Positions 45,231-55,090 of a DNA stretch of 64,000 bases are shown one piece after another. Position numbers and translations under genes: made by a program. Origin of the DNA: Alphaproteobacteria bacterium (GTDB lineage: Bacteria > Pseudomonadota > Alphaproteobacteria > G965222575); contig OZ244958.1 of the NCBI GenBank assembly GCA_965222575.1, positions 480,001 through 544,000 of the forward strand, given 5' to 3'. Each line of letters begins with the position of its first letter. Position 1 is the first letter of the stretch. The notes under the pieces were generated by a model. It was not told where the DNA came from. It saw only the letters and a list, made by a program, of their open reading frames with translations, and searched no databases.

Positions 45231-47548
45231 CACAAGACCAAAAAAGACCAACGCTTTCACTTTCTTCTAGCCGCGAGGGGGCTGAAAAATCGAAACGTAA
45301 AGGAACGATAGAAGTGGAAATCCACCGTAGAAGCTCTTTTTCAAGCGGAAAATCTTTAAATCCCGTGGTGTCTTCCGCTGTTCGTCCCTTACCCTCTTCT
45401 TCTACTAAGAAGATAGGCATTAGTCTCTCCACTCTTCAAGAAAGGCAACGACAATTAAAGGAGAAACAAGAAACAAGTCCTTCCGTTTCTGTGAGTTTTA
45501 TCAATCAAGTTGTCAAGAAGAAGAGTATGACAAGCACAAAGAGCGCGAAACAGAAAAAGCCCGCTCTTAAAGCGGCAGGCAAAAGAGAGAAAAAGCTTGC
45601 CGGTGCGGGAAGCCGTAAGGCGTTGACAGTGGTAGAAGTTCTCAGTCCTGTTTCTTCACAGGAGAAGACCTATTCCTTAGCGTCACAGAAGAGGCGGCAT
45701 GAGAAGATGGGGTCGGTTGTGGAGTCTTCTCCGCTGCCACCGCTACCGCCTCCGCCGTCGTCTGTACAGAAGGTTGTGCGGGATGTTGTCATATCGGGTC
45801 CTATGACGGTGGCGGATTTGTCTAATAGGATGGCGGAAACGAAAGGGGAGGTGGTCAAGAAGCTTATGGTTTTAGGGGTGATGGCTTCTGTGACGCAAAC
45901 CATTGATGCGGATACGGCGCAGTTAGTGGCTGAGGAGTTTGGGCATCGGGTGAAACGTGTGGATGAGGCGCTGATGGAGGAGGCGTTATTAGCGGAGCGT
46001 GATGTAGCGGAGCAGTTGGTGGAGCGTTCTCCTGTTGTGGTGATTATGGGACATGTTGACCATGGGAAGACGACGTTGTTGGATGCGTTGAGGCAGTCTT
46101 GTGTTGCTACTAGTGAGAAAGCTGGGATTACGCAGCATATTGGGGCGTATCAGGTGGCGGTACGGAAGAAGTTGGTGACATTTATTGATACGCCGGGTCA
46201 TGCGATTTTCACGCGGATGCGGGCGCGCGGAACGGAAGGAGCGGATATTGTTGTGTTGGTGATAGCGGCGGATGATTCGGTGAAGCCTCAAACGCGAGAA
46301 GCCATAGCCCATGCGAAAGCGGCAGGCGTTGGGTTTGTGATAGCGATTAACAAAGTGGATTTGCCGGGGGCTGACCCGAGCAAGGTACGTCAAGACCTTT
46401 TACAGTGTGGGATAGTGGACGAGTCTTTGGGGGGTGATGTACAGAGTGTAGAGATTTCTGCTACAAAAAAGACCAATCTTGATGGGCTTATTGAAGCGAT
46501 TTTTTTACAATCGGAAGTGATGGAGTTGAAGGGGAACATGGCGGGTCGTGCGCGGGCGGTTGTGATTGAGACCTCTCTGAGTTTGGGGCGTGGACCTGTG
46601 GTGACGGTGTTGGTGAAGAAGGGTGTGTTGAAAAAGGAAGATATTTTTGTTGTAGGGTCGAAATGGGGGCGGGTGCGGGCGTTGCGGGATGATAAAGATA
46701 GAGAGATACCGCAAGCGTCTCTTTCCATGCCTGTTCTGGTGTTGGGGGTATCGGGTCTTCCTAAGTGTGGCGATCTCTTGATGGTGGTGGAAACAGAGGC
46801 GTTGGCTAGGAGAATTGCGGAGACTAGAGAGAGACAGGAAAAAAATCAACACCTTGCTCTGCGCAGTAAAAAACCTGACAAAGAGGAAGACGCCGCTGCT
46901 TCTCCTCAAAAGAAGACCTTACCGATTATTGTGAAAACCGATGTCCATGGGTCTATGGAAGCGATTGTAGGGGCCTTAGAGAAAATGCAAAATGAGGAAG
47001 TGTCCGTTTCTATTCCCCATGCGGCTGTTGGCGAGGTGACAGAGACTGATGTGTTGCTAGCGAAAGCCACGGGGGCGAATATTTTCGCTTTTAACATTAA
47101 AACCTCTCCTCATGGGGCAGCGCTAGCCATGAAGGAAAAGGTCTCCATTAAACGGTTTAATGTGATTTATGAGCTAGTAGAAGAGATTGCGGACGAACTC
47201 GGCTTCATGCTAACGCCCGCTGTGACCTTTGAGAAAAAGGGACAGGCGCTTGTGAAAGAGGTCTTCGGCATGAAAAAAGGCAAAGTGGCCGGCTGTATTT
47301 TGGAAGACGGAGAAATCACTCATGATGCACTCCTAACAGTTAAGCGCGGAGAAGAGGAGTTGTTCAGAGGAGTTGCTAGCTCTTTGAGGCATTTTAAGGA
47401 TGAGGTGCGCTCTGTTGGGAAAACCAGACAGGAGTTTGGGATTGTGCTGAAAGATTTTCAGGAGTTCAAGGAAGGGGATATTATTGAAGCTTTTGAAGAA
47501 AAACACAGCCCTAGAGTGTTTCAGGAAACCCGCTCCTCTCCGTCATGA
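45227..47548 (+). CDS. infB: Translation initiation factor IF-2
   Basis: MGHVDHGKTTLLD, GITQHIGAYQV, DTPGH, NKVD. Confidence 0.97.
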   Translation: MTQDQKRPTLSLSSSREGAEKSKRKGTIEVEIHRRSSFSSGKSLNPVVSSAVRPLPSSSTKKIGISLSTLQERQRQLKEKQETSPSVSVSFINQVVKKKSMTSTKSAKQKKPALKAAGKREKKLAGAGSRKALTVVEVLSPVSSQEKTYSLASQKRRHEKMGSVVESSPLPPLPPPPSSVQKVVRDVVISGPMTVADLSNRMAETKGEVVKKLMVLGVMASVTQTIDADTAQLVAEEFGHRVKRVDEALMEEALLAERDVAEQLVERSPVVVIMGHVDHGKTTLLDALRQSCVATSEKAGITQHIGAYQVAVRKKLVTFIDTPGHAIFTRMRARGTEGADIVVLVIAADDSVKPQTREAIAHAKAAGVGFVIAINKVDLPGADPSKVRQDLLQCGIVDESLGGDVQSVEISATKKTNLDGLIEAIFLQSEVMELKGNMAGRARAVVIETSLSLGRGPVVTVLVKKGVLKKEDIFVVGSKWGRVRALRDDKDREIPQASLSMPVLVLGVSGLPKCGDLLMVVETEALARRIAETRERQEKNQHLALRSKKPDKEEDAAASPQKKTLPIIVKTDVHGSMEAIVGALEKMQNEEVSVSIPHAAVGEVTETDVLLAKATGANIFAFNIKTSPHGAALAMKEKVSIKRFNVIYELVEEIADELGFMLTPAVTFEKKGQALVKEVFGMKKGKVAGCILEDGEITHDALLTVKRGEEELFRGVASSLRHFKDEVRSVGKTRQEFGIVLKDFQEFKEGDIIEAFEEKHSPRVFQETRSSPS

Positions 47549-47898
47549 CTTGGATTCCTTCAAAGAAGCCCTTTGCCCGCCCCACCTCGCGACGCTTTCA
47601 ACGTATGGCAACACAGATTCAACGCGCTCTCGCCTATAAAATGGAACGCGGGGACTTTGAGCCGCTCCCTGCTCTGACTATTTGTCGCGTACAGGTTCGT
47701 CGGGACTTGCGATTCGCTACCGTCTTCGTTAGACCAAAAGAACACCTCCAACAACTTCACAAAGTCGAACACGCTCTTGAAGTCCTCCCTCCTATAGCCC
47801 GAAAAGCCTTAGCGGAAACCCTAGCGCTTCGGTATGTGCCTAAACTCTCCTTCCAAATAGAGGCTTCCCATGACCTTGTCCGGATGGTTAGTGAGTGA
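47545..47898 (+). CDS. rbfA: Ribosome-binding factor A
   Basis: DLRFATVFV, LRYVPKLSF; lies between infB and truB. Confidence 0.85.
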   Translation: MTWIPSKKPFARPTSRRFQRMATQIQRALAYKMERGDFEPLPALTICRVQVRRDLRFATVFVRPKEHLQQLHKVEHALEVLPPIARKALAETLALRYVPKLSFQIEASHDLVRMVSE

Positions 47899-48751
47899 TA
47901 AACCATCAGGCATCAGCTCTTTTGATGTGATTAGAACCTTAAAGACGTTCTATCAGGGAAAAGTCGGCTATGTTGGTACCCTAGACCCTTTGGCTACGGG
48001 CGTTTTACCCTTAGCCTTAGGAGAGGCAACAAAATGTATTTCCATGGTCATTGAAGGGCGAAAAACCTATGAAGTGACCGTGAGATGGGGGGTGAAAACG
48101 GATACAGGGGATTGCGAGGGGAATAAGCTCCTCACAAGTCCGCACTCACCCACACAGCAAGAGGTCGAAAGGGTAGCGACCTCCTTTTTAGACCGCCAGT
48201 ACTGGCAAAGGCCTCACCCTTTTTCTGCTGTTAAAGTCAAGGGCAAACGCGCCTATCAACTAGCAAGAGCCGGCAACCCTGTGACTCTCCCCCCGCGTGT
48301 CGTGAGTCTCTTTTCCTTCTCCTGTTCGTCTCCTTCCTCTTTCTCTTTGCAATGCTCAAAAGGATTTTATGTCCGCTCTTTCGTTGAAGATTTAGCCAAA
48401 CCCTTAAACACCTATGCCCATATCACGGCTTTAAGAAGAATTGAAGCCGCCCCTTTTCATATTAAGCAGGCCTTCTCTCTTCAGAAAAACATGACACTTG
48501 CGCACCTTAAAACCCTTGTGATGCCTATAGAAGCCGCTCTCTGTGAACACTGTGCGCTGACTGTTACGAGGCAACAAGAGAGGGATTTATGCCTTGGGAA
48601 AAAAGTGAAAGTGACAGCAGTGCGCACAGGGGGCGAAAAATCCTTTTATGGATGGGCTAGAGGAGAAGAAGGAAAATGTGTTGCACTTGTTACAGGTTTA
48701 CTGCACACTGATGGTATTGTGCTGATTCCTAAGTGTGTGTTGGTGAGGTAG
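47870..48751 (+). CDS. truB: tRNA pseudouridine(55) synthase
   Basis: DKPSGISS, GTLDPLATGVL, SAVKVKGKRAY, SKGFYVRS, LRR. Confidence 0.94.
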   Translation: MTLSGWLVSDKPSGISSFDVIRTLKTFYQGKVGYVGTLDPLATGVLPLALGEATKCISMVIEGRKTYEVTVRWGVKTDTGDCEGNKLLTSPHSPTQQEVERVATSFLDRQYWQRPHPFSAVKVKGKRAYQLARAGNPVTLPPRVVSLFSFSCSSPSSFSLQCSKGFYVRSFVEDLAKPLNTYAHITALRRIEAAPFHIKQAFSLQKNMTLAHLKTLVMPIEAALCEHCALTVTRQQERDLCLGKKVKVTAVRTGGEKSFYGWARGEEGKCVALVTGLLHTDGIVLIPKCVLVR

Positions 48752-48808
48752 GCGTTTGAAATGGGGGGTATGTAAGATAGGGATATGAGATAGGAGATAG
48801 GATAAAGG

Positions 48809-49078
48809 TTGAGAAACGTGGCAGCAACGACACAAGAGCGGGTAAAGGAATTTGGCAACAGTTCAACGGACACAGGGGCTTCTTCAGTTCAGATAGCGCT
48901 TCTTACGGATAGGATTTTAGCGCTTACCTTACATGTGCAACAGAATAAGAAGGATAATGCGACGAAGCGCGGGCTTTACCGGTTGGTGAATCAGAGGAAA
49001 AAACTTCTCTCTTATTTGAAGAGGAAGGATGTAGAGGGGTATCAGAGTGTGCTTGGAAAACTTAAGTTAAGAAAATAA
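48809..49078 (+). CDS. rpsO: 30S ribosomal protein S15
   Basis: DTGASSVQIALLT, KKDNATKRGL, RKKLLSYL. Confidence 0.95.
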   Translation: MRNVAATTQERVKEFGNSSTDTGASSVQIALLTDRILALTLHVQQNKKDNATKRGLYRLVNQRKKLLSYLKRKDVEGYQSVLGKLKLRK

Positions 49079-49099
49079 AATAATAGATGAGGAAAGTAG

Positions 49100-51178
49100 A
49101 TGAAAGTGTATAAAGAAGAAGTGTCATTTGGAGAGGAATCTTTGTTTCTTGAGACGGGGAAAATTGGTCGACAAGCTGATGGGTCTGTGATGGTGAGATA
49201 TGGAGAAACGGTTGTATTGGTGACGGTTGTTGTGGGTTCGGAAGTGGAGGAACAAGATTTTTTGCCTCTTGCTGTGACCTATCAGGAAAAGACATTTGCA
49301 GTGGGGCGTATTCCCGGGGGTTTTTTCAAGCGGGAGGGAAGACCTAGTGAGCATGAAACCTTGGTCTCAAGGTTAATTGATAGGTCTATTAGGCCTTTAT
49401 TTCATGAGGATTTTTCCTCTACGACTCAAGTTTTGTGTACGGTGTTAGCCTATGATATGAAGCATGATCCGGCTTTAGCGGCTATGATTGGGACATCGGC
49501 GGCGCTTCAGATAGCGGGGGTTCCTTGGAATGGGGTTATTGCAGCCGCTAGAGTTGGGTATCAGGAGGGTAAGTTTGTGATAAATCCTGATTTAGACAAT
49601 CTCAAGGAGTCCTCTTTAGACCTTATAGTAGCAGGTGGGAAGGAGGCGGTTTTGATGGTTGAGTCCAAAGCGCAGGAATTAAGTGAGAAGGAGATGATAG
49701 AGGCTGTGATGGTGGGGCATAAGGCTTTTTTACCGGTGATTGAGGCTATTGAGCGGTTGGCTTTGAAGGTTGGAAAAGCGCCTTTGTCTGTGTCTTTGCC
49801 GAAGGCAGCGCAAGATTTTAGTACGCGTGCGGAAGCGGTAGGAGACAAGATAGAAAAAGCTTATGCTTTGTCTGTGAAGCAGGAACGGGTGGTGCAGTTG
49901 AAGGCAGTGCTTGAGGGGTTTTTGGAGACCTTTGAGGAAGAAGAGAGAAGCGAAGCGAAAAAAGCCTTCAAAAAGGTGGAAAAACAAAGAATGCGCCGTG
50001 ACATTCTTAAGGGGAAGAAGCGTATTGATGGAAGAGGGATGGACGAGATTCGCACTATTGAGTGCGAAGTAGGATTTTTACCGCAGGTACATGGCTCGGC
50101 TTTATTTACGCGCGGTGAAACGCAAGCACTAGTGGTAACGACTTTGGGGACGGGCGATGATGAACAGCTGGTGGACGCTCTTGAGGGCGTTACGAAAGCG
50201 AATTTTCTCCTGCACTACAATTTTCCGCCTTATTCCGTAGGAGAAACATCCATGCGGCTTGGCCCGGGAAGACGCGAAATTGGACATGGAAAACTCGCAT
50301 GGCGCGCCCTACAACCGCTGCTGCCCCCTGAATTCCCTTATACCATACGCATTGTGGCAGAAATTACAGAAAGCAATGGCTCTTCCTCCATGGCGACGGT
50401 CTGTGGGGCTTCCCTGTCCTTAATGGATACCGGTGTTCCTCTTAAAGCCCCCGTGGCTGGTATTGCTATGGGACTCGTCAAAGAAAAAGACGAATTTGTT
50501 GTCCTCTCCGATATCTTAGGCGATGAAGACCACTTAGGGGATATGGATTTTAAGGTTGCAGGCACCGCTGAGGGCATTACCGCTTTGCAAATGGATATCA
50601 AGATACATGGCGTTACGCAAGGCATTATGGAAACCGCTCTGGAACAGGCAAGAGTGGGGCGACTTCATATTTTGGAGAAAATGAGCCAAGTTGTCTCGAC
50701 CGAACGGAAAACCATGCGCGATACCGTTCCTAGAATGGTGAAATTCCAGATTCCTGAGCCTAAAATTCGCGAAGTCATTGGCGCTGGCGGAAAAGTCATT
50801 AAGGAAATTTGTGCTTCCACTGGCGCGAAACTGGATATCGAAGACGATGGGATGATTACTATCTCTTCTGCTAATGCTCAAGGCCTGAAAGATGCGAAAC
50901 AATGGGTTATGGATATTGCTATGGACCCAAAAGTCGGCGGTATTCATAAAGGGAAGGTCGTCAAAACACTGGATTTCGGCGCCTTCGTCTCTTTTGGCAT
51001 AGGAAAAAAAGATGGCTTAGTCCATATTTCTCAACTGGACAATAAACGGGTAGGCAGAGTCAATGATGTCGTAAAAGAAGGAGACGAAGTCTTTGTGAAA
51101 ATCCTCAATGTAGAAGACAATGGACGCATCAGACTTTCTATGAAAGAAGTCAACCAAAAAACAGGAGAGTCCTTTTAA
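49100..51178 (+). CDS. pnp: Polyribonucleotide nucleotidyltransferase
   Basis: GRIPGGFFKREG, FTRGETQ, ESNGSSSMA, DMDFKVAG, KH and S1 domains. Confidence 0.97.
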   Translation: MKVYKEEVSFGEESLFLETGKIGRQADGSVMVRYGETVVLVTVVVGSEVEEQDFLPLAVTYQEKTFAVGRIPGGFFKREGRPSEHETLVSRLIDRSIRPLFHEDFSSTTQVLCTVLAYDMKHDPALAAMIGTSAALQIAGVPWNGVIAAARVGYQEGKFVINPDLDNLKESSLDLIVAGGKEAVLMVESKAQELSEKEMIEAVMVGHKAFLPVIEAIERLALKVGKAPLSVSLPKAAQDFSTRAEAVGDKIEKAYALSVKQERVVQLKAVLEGFLETFEEEERSEAKKAFKKVEKQRMRRDILKGKKRIDGRGMDEIRTIECEVGFLPQVHGSALFTRGETQALVVTTLGTGDDEQLVDALEGVTKANFLLHYNFPPYSVGETSMRLGPGRREIGHGKLAWRALQPLLPPEFPYTIRIVAEITESNGSSSMATVCGASLSLMDTGVPLKAPVAGIAMGLVKEKDEFVVLSDILGDEDHLGDMDFKVAGTAEGITALQMDIKIHGVTQGIMETALEQARVGRLHILEKMSQVVSTERKTMRDTVPRMVKFQIPEPKIREVIGAGGKVIKEICASTGAKLDIEDDGMITISSANAQGLKDAKQWVMDIAMDPKVGGIHKGKVVKTLDFGAFVSFGIGKKDGLVHISQLDNKRVGRVNDVVKEGDEVFVKILNVEDNGRIRLSMKEVNQKTGESF

Positions 51179-51190
51179 GCCCACCCCGCG

Positions 51191-51294
51191 CACACTCCCC
51201 CGGGGCACTGGGAGAGGAGGCAACACGCACTCCCGCACACTGAGGGGAAGAGAGGGTGTACGCACTCCTCTGCACACTGAGGGAAGAGGGGGTA
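51191..51294. repeat. Degenerate ~35-bp tandem repeat, about 3 copies, between convergent pnp and mltG
   Basis: Recurrent (A)CGCACTCC..GCACACTGAGGG(G)AAGAG. Confidence 0.7.
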
Positions 51295-51351
51295 TCTGTA
51301 TAGCTAGGGGTGACCCCCTAAGGGGTGAAGCTTACAAAAGAGTCTTGTTGC

Positions 51352-52281
51352 TTATTTTCTGAGGGCGCGAATATTGTTGATATGGTCTTTTAGGGTTTCT
51401 GAGAAGAGGTGTCCGCCTTTTTTGTCAGCGACGAAATAGAGGGCTTTTGTTTTTGCGGGCTGTAGAACGGCTTTGATGGAGGCTTTGCCGGGATGACAAA
51501 TAGCACCGGGCGGTAAGCCTTTGAACACATAGGTATTAAAAGGGTGGGGGGTTTTGAGTTTCTTTTTTGTCAGCGGCGGCTGTTCCTTATATAAAACGGA
51601 AGGGTCTGATTGTAGTAACATGCCTTTGCGTAAGCGATTGTAGAAAACGCCGGCTATCCTGTAGCGTTCGTGTTCACGTGCGGTTTCTTTTTCCACTAGA
51701 GAGGCTAAAATGACAGCTTCTTGAGGCGTGGTGATAAGGTCTGAGAGGGCTTCTTTGTTGCGGTTTTCCCAAGCGGTATTGAGAAACTCCTCTTGTGCCG
51801 TTTTCAGTCTGGTAATCACTGAGGATACAGGAGTTTGGTGTTCTATGTAATAGGTTTCAGGTAAAAGGCTGCCTTCAGCGAAAGCAGGCGGGGTATCTTG
51901 TCTTAAAAATGGACTCTTCTTGAGGAGAGATAAAATCTCTTCAGAGGTTAGTCCTTCTGGAATCATCAGGGTGGTAATTTCTGTTTGTCCTTTGATGAGG
52001 CGGTATAAAATGCTTGCTCCTAGCGTCCCTTTCTCAAAGGAGTAAGTCCCTGCCACAATGCGTTTGTCTTGCCCTAAAAGGCGCGTATAAAAAATAAACA
52101 GCCGGGGAGTGGCGAGATTGTCCTCAAAAGACGACACAATGGACTTCAGAGATTGACCGTATGCAATGTTAAGGTGTACAGGTACCTTAATGGGAAGAGC
52201 AAAGGCTAGGAGGAAAAGGCCTATCTGGCTTACCACAAGTAAGACAATGAGGACGATTAAAGTTTTTTGAAAATTATACAC
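51352..52281 (-). CDS. mltG: Endolytic transglycosylase MltG
   Basis: IPEGLT, EGSLLPETY, LASLVEKET, LQSDP, GLPPGAI. Confidence 0.94.
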   Translation of the reverse strand: MYNFQKTLIVLIVLLVVSQIGLFLLAFALPIKVPVHLNIAYGQSLKSIVSSFEDNLATPRLFIFYTRLLGQDKRIVAGTYSFEKGTLGASILYRLIKGQTEITTLMIPEGLTSEEILSLLKKSPFLRQDTPPAFAEGSLLPETYYIEHQTPVSSVITRLKTAQEEFLNTAWENRNKEALSDLITTPQEAVILASLVEKETAREHERYRIAGVFYNRLRKGMLLQSDPSVLYKEQPPLTKKKLKTPHPFNTYVFKGLPPGAICHPGKASIKAVLQPAKTKALYFVADKKGGHLFSETLKDHINNIRALRK

Positions 52282-53453
52282 CCATTAGTTCCTCCAAAAC
52301 CAAACGAATTAGACAGTACTGCCTTGAATTTTCCTCCTTCTCTCGGACTGAGCGGTACCAAATCAAAAATGTTACTTTGCGGTGGTGTTTCGAGATTCAA
52401 AGTCGCAGGGGCTATGCCAGTTCTTAAGGCTTGAATGGCAAAAATGGCTTCCAGCCCCCCTGCTGCCCCTAACAGGTGGCCTGTTGCGGATTTTGTAGAG
52501 GACACCAAGGGGCGTTTTGTTTCTTTTCCCCACAATTTTGTTAAGGCTTTCAATTCCGTTTCGTCCCCTAAAGGCGTGCTTGTAGCATGGGCGTTGAGAT
52601 ACCCGATATCTGATAAACGAAGACCGCTGCTTCTAAGGGCTTCTTCCATAGCACGCCGCCCTCCCTCCCCGCTAGCCTCCGGTGCCGTGACATGATACGC
52701 ATCGCAACTTGCTCCATACCCTCCCACTTCAGCCAATATCTCCGCTCCACGCTTCAAAGCGTGGTCATAAGACTCTAAAACCAAAACCCCAGCCCCTTCA
52801 GACATCACAAACCCATCACGCTTCACATCCCAAGGCCTAGACGCTGCTTGCGGATCCTCACAATAACCCCGGGATAAAGCACAAGCCGCCTGAAAAGCCT
52901 CTAACCCAAAACGACACAAAGGGGCTTCACTGCCTCCTACTACTACAGCATCACAACGATTAGTCCTAATTAACCAGTACCCTTCTCCTATACTATGCAA
53001 CCCCGTAGAACAGGCTGATGTAATCCCTATGTTAATGCCCTTAAAACCATACCGAATCGATACCAACCCGCCGCACATATTCCCTAACAAACCCGGTATG
53101 GTAAAAGGACTGAGCTTCTTGCCTCCTCTTGAACTCCCCTCCTCCATCCCCTTAAGATTCCCTAAAGCACTCCCTATCAGAACGCCTACTCTTTCCGAGG
53201 CTTCCACGCCGCTTTGCTCTATGGCTTCTACACTTGCTGCTAACCCATAGTGAATAAACGAGTCAAAACGGCGCGCTGTCTTTTTATCCATAAAATCGAG
53301 CGGCGAAAAATCCCTGATTTCCCCACCGTAAAAATCCTGATGTGACAGGCAAACAATACCGCTCTTCCCCGATACAAGAGCCTCCCAACTCCGCTTAACC
53401 CCTATGCCAAGAGGATTAACCGTCCCCATCCCTGTAACCACAACACGGTGCAT
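52257..53453 (-). CDS. fabF: Beta-ketoacyl-ACP synthase II
   Basis: SACSTG, EGAG, NAHATST, KSATGHLLGAAG, NSFGFGG. Confidence 0.95.
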   Translation of the reverse strand: MHRVVVTGMGTVNPLGIGVKRSWEALVSGKSGIVCLSHQDFYGGEIRDFSPLDFMDKKTARRFDSFIHYGLAASVEAIEQSGVEASERVGVLIGSALGNLKGMEEGSSRGGKKLSPFTIPGLLGNMCGGLVSIRYGFKGINIGITSACSTGLHSIGEGYWLIRTNRCDAVVVGGSEAPLCRFGLEAFQAACALSRGYCEDPQAASRPWDVKRDGFVMSEGAGVLVLESYDHALKRGAEILAEVGGYGASCDAYHVTAPEASGEGGRRAMEEALRSSGLRLSDIGYLNAHATSTPLGDETELKALTKLWGKETKRPLVSSTKSATGHLLGAAGGLEAIFAIQALRTGIAPATLNLETPPQSNIFDLVPLSPREGGKFKAVLSNSFGFGGTNGCIIFKKL

Positions 53454-53468
53454 GCCTGAAAAAAAATA

Positions 53469-53711
53469 TTATGGTAAATTCTCTTCAATATATGTAATCA
53501 CAGACCCTACCGTTAACAGCTTCTCCGCTTCCTCGTCTGATATCTCACACCCAAACTTCTCTTCAAACGCCATCACAAGCTCCACCACATCTAAACTGTC
53601 TGCCCCTAAGTCTTTCATGAAGGCCGCTTCAGCCTTGATTTCTTCTTTCTTCACAGACAAATTATCACAGATAATCTCCGTTACAATATTCGTAATTTCT
53701 TTTCTATCCAT
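53469..53711 (-). CDS. acpP: Acyl carrier protein
   Basis: [18 protein letters not shown]. Confidence 0.96.
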   Translation of the reverse strand: MDRKEITNIVTEIICDNLSVKKEEIKAEAAFMKDLGADSLDVVELVMAFEEKFGCEISDEEAEKLLTVGSVITYIEENLP

Positions 53712-53755
53712 TGTTCGTTGCTTTCTTTATCTTTCACTCAAAGTTTATTATGAGT

Positions 53756-55078
53756 TTACATGATAAAAAGCCAAGAGAAAAGAGCAAAAATTGGTCCCAA
53801 AAATAGCGCCGCCCACAACATATAACTGAAGAAATCCGGCATTTTTACTCCGTGTTTCTTCGCAATGGACTTCACCATAAAATTAGGGGCATTCCCAATA
53901 TAAGAGTTTGCCCCCATAAATACAGCCCCAGCAGAAATCGCAACCAACGTTGTCTTTTGTGCACCCATCAAGGTCTCTGGGTCACCACCAGCTGCATTGA
54001 AAAACAAAAGATAGGTCGGCGCATTGTCTAAAAAAGACGAAAGCACACCGGTTAACCAAAAATACACAAGAGGATTATTTTCTCCAGTTGATGTTGTTAA
54101 CGCCACAAATAAACTTCTAAATGGACCAGATTGTCCCATCTCTAAAAATCCTATCACCGGCGCAATGGTGATAAAAATTCCCGCGAAAATTTTTCCAACT
54201 TCCAAAATCGGCTCCCAGTCGAATTCATTTTGCTCTCTGATGCTTTGCGGCGTCACAAGGAAGGAAATCACGGCTAAGGTTATAAGACTTGCATCGCGCA
54301 GGAGAGAAGACAAATCCACATGATAGGATGACAGAATCGGTAGCTCATAAGACCAAGTCGTGCTGAGTAAAATGCTCCCAATTAACAGTCCTAAAAATCC
54401 TATGTTATAAAGCCCTTTTAAGCCTTTCTCTTTGCTGCCGCCTTGGTGGGAACGTATGGCGGGGTCTTCTTTGCGCCAAAAATATGTGTCTAGTAGATAA
54501 AAAATCCCTAATAAAATACTGCTGATGAAGACCATGGGTAAGAACAGGTGAACAGTAGGCCAGAAAAAATCCACCCCTTTCAAAAACCCTAAAAACAAAG
54601 GCGGGTCTCCCAAAGGAGAAAGAGAACCTCCAATGTTAGAGACTAAGAAAATAAAAAAGATGACAAGATGAACGCGGTATTTCCTGTACTTGTTAGCGCG
54701 CAGTAAAGGCTTGATAAATAAAATAGAGGCGCCAGTCGTCCCTGTTAAAGAGGCTACCGCTGTCCCCATTGAAAGATATTTTGTGTTGTGAAAAGGAGTC
54801 CCATGACTGCTACCCGCTATCATGATACCGCTTGCTATCACATAAAGAGACGATATCAACACAATAAATGGTAGGTACTCTTCTAAGAAAACATGAAACA
54901 GGAGACTTGCAGTCTCTCCGCTGCCTATGAGGAGAACTTGGGGAACCAACATCAGTCCCGTCCAAAACAAGACGATTTTCCCATAATGATGGTGTATGGT
55001 ACTTGGCAACACCAATAAACCTAGCGCAATGCTTAGCAACAAGCCAGCAAACGGAACGCACCAAAGAAGAGAAGACAT
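53756..55078 (-). CDS. Putative Na+/H+ antiporter (IT superfamily, DUF1646-like)
   Basis: GTTGAS, NIGGSLSPLGDPPLFLGF, SSFLDNAPTY, YIGNAPNFMVK. Confidence 0.85.
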   Translation of the reverse strand: MSSLLWCVPFAGLLLSIALGLLVLPSTIHHHYGKIVLFWTGLMLVPQVLLIGSGETASLLFHVFLEEYLPFIVLISSLYVIASGIMIAGSSHGTPFHNTKYLSMGTAVASLTGTTGASILFIKPLLRANKYRKYRVHLVIFFIFLVSNIGGSLSPLGDPPLFLGFLKGVDFFWPTVHLFLPMVFISSILLGIFYLLDTYFWRKEDPAIRSHQGGSKEKGLKGLYNIGFLGLLIGSILLSTTWSYELPILSSYHVDLSSLLRDASLITLAVISFLVTPQSIREQNEFDWEPILEVGKIFAGIFITIAPVIGFLEMGQSGPFRSLFVALTTSTGENNPLVYFWLTGVLSSFLDNAPTYLLFFNAAGGDPETLMGAQKTTLVAISAGAVFMGANSYIGNAPNFMVKSIAKKHGVKMPDFFSYMLWAALFLGPIFALFSWLFIM

Positions 55079-55090
55079 AACCCTTTTGAT

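Noticed and set aside
45725-45762. Poly-proline tract in IF-2 (SSPLPPLPPPPSS)
   Set aside because: It lies in the variable low-complexity N-terminal region of IF-2; no evidence of special function.
47963-47990. TruB motif GYVGTLDP in place of GHxGTLDP as a sign of inactivity
   Set aside because: The catalytic Asp is intact and aromatic substitutions at this position occur in other TruB proteins.
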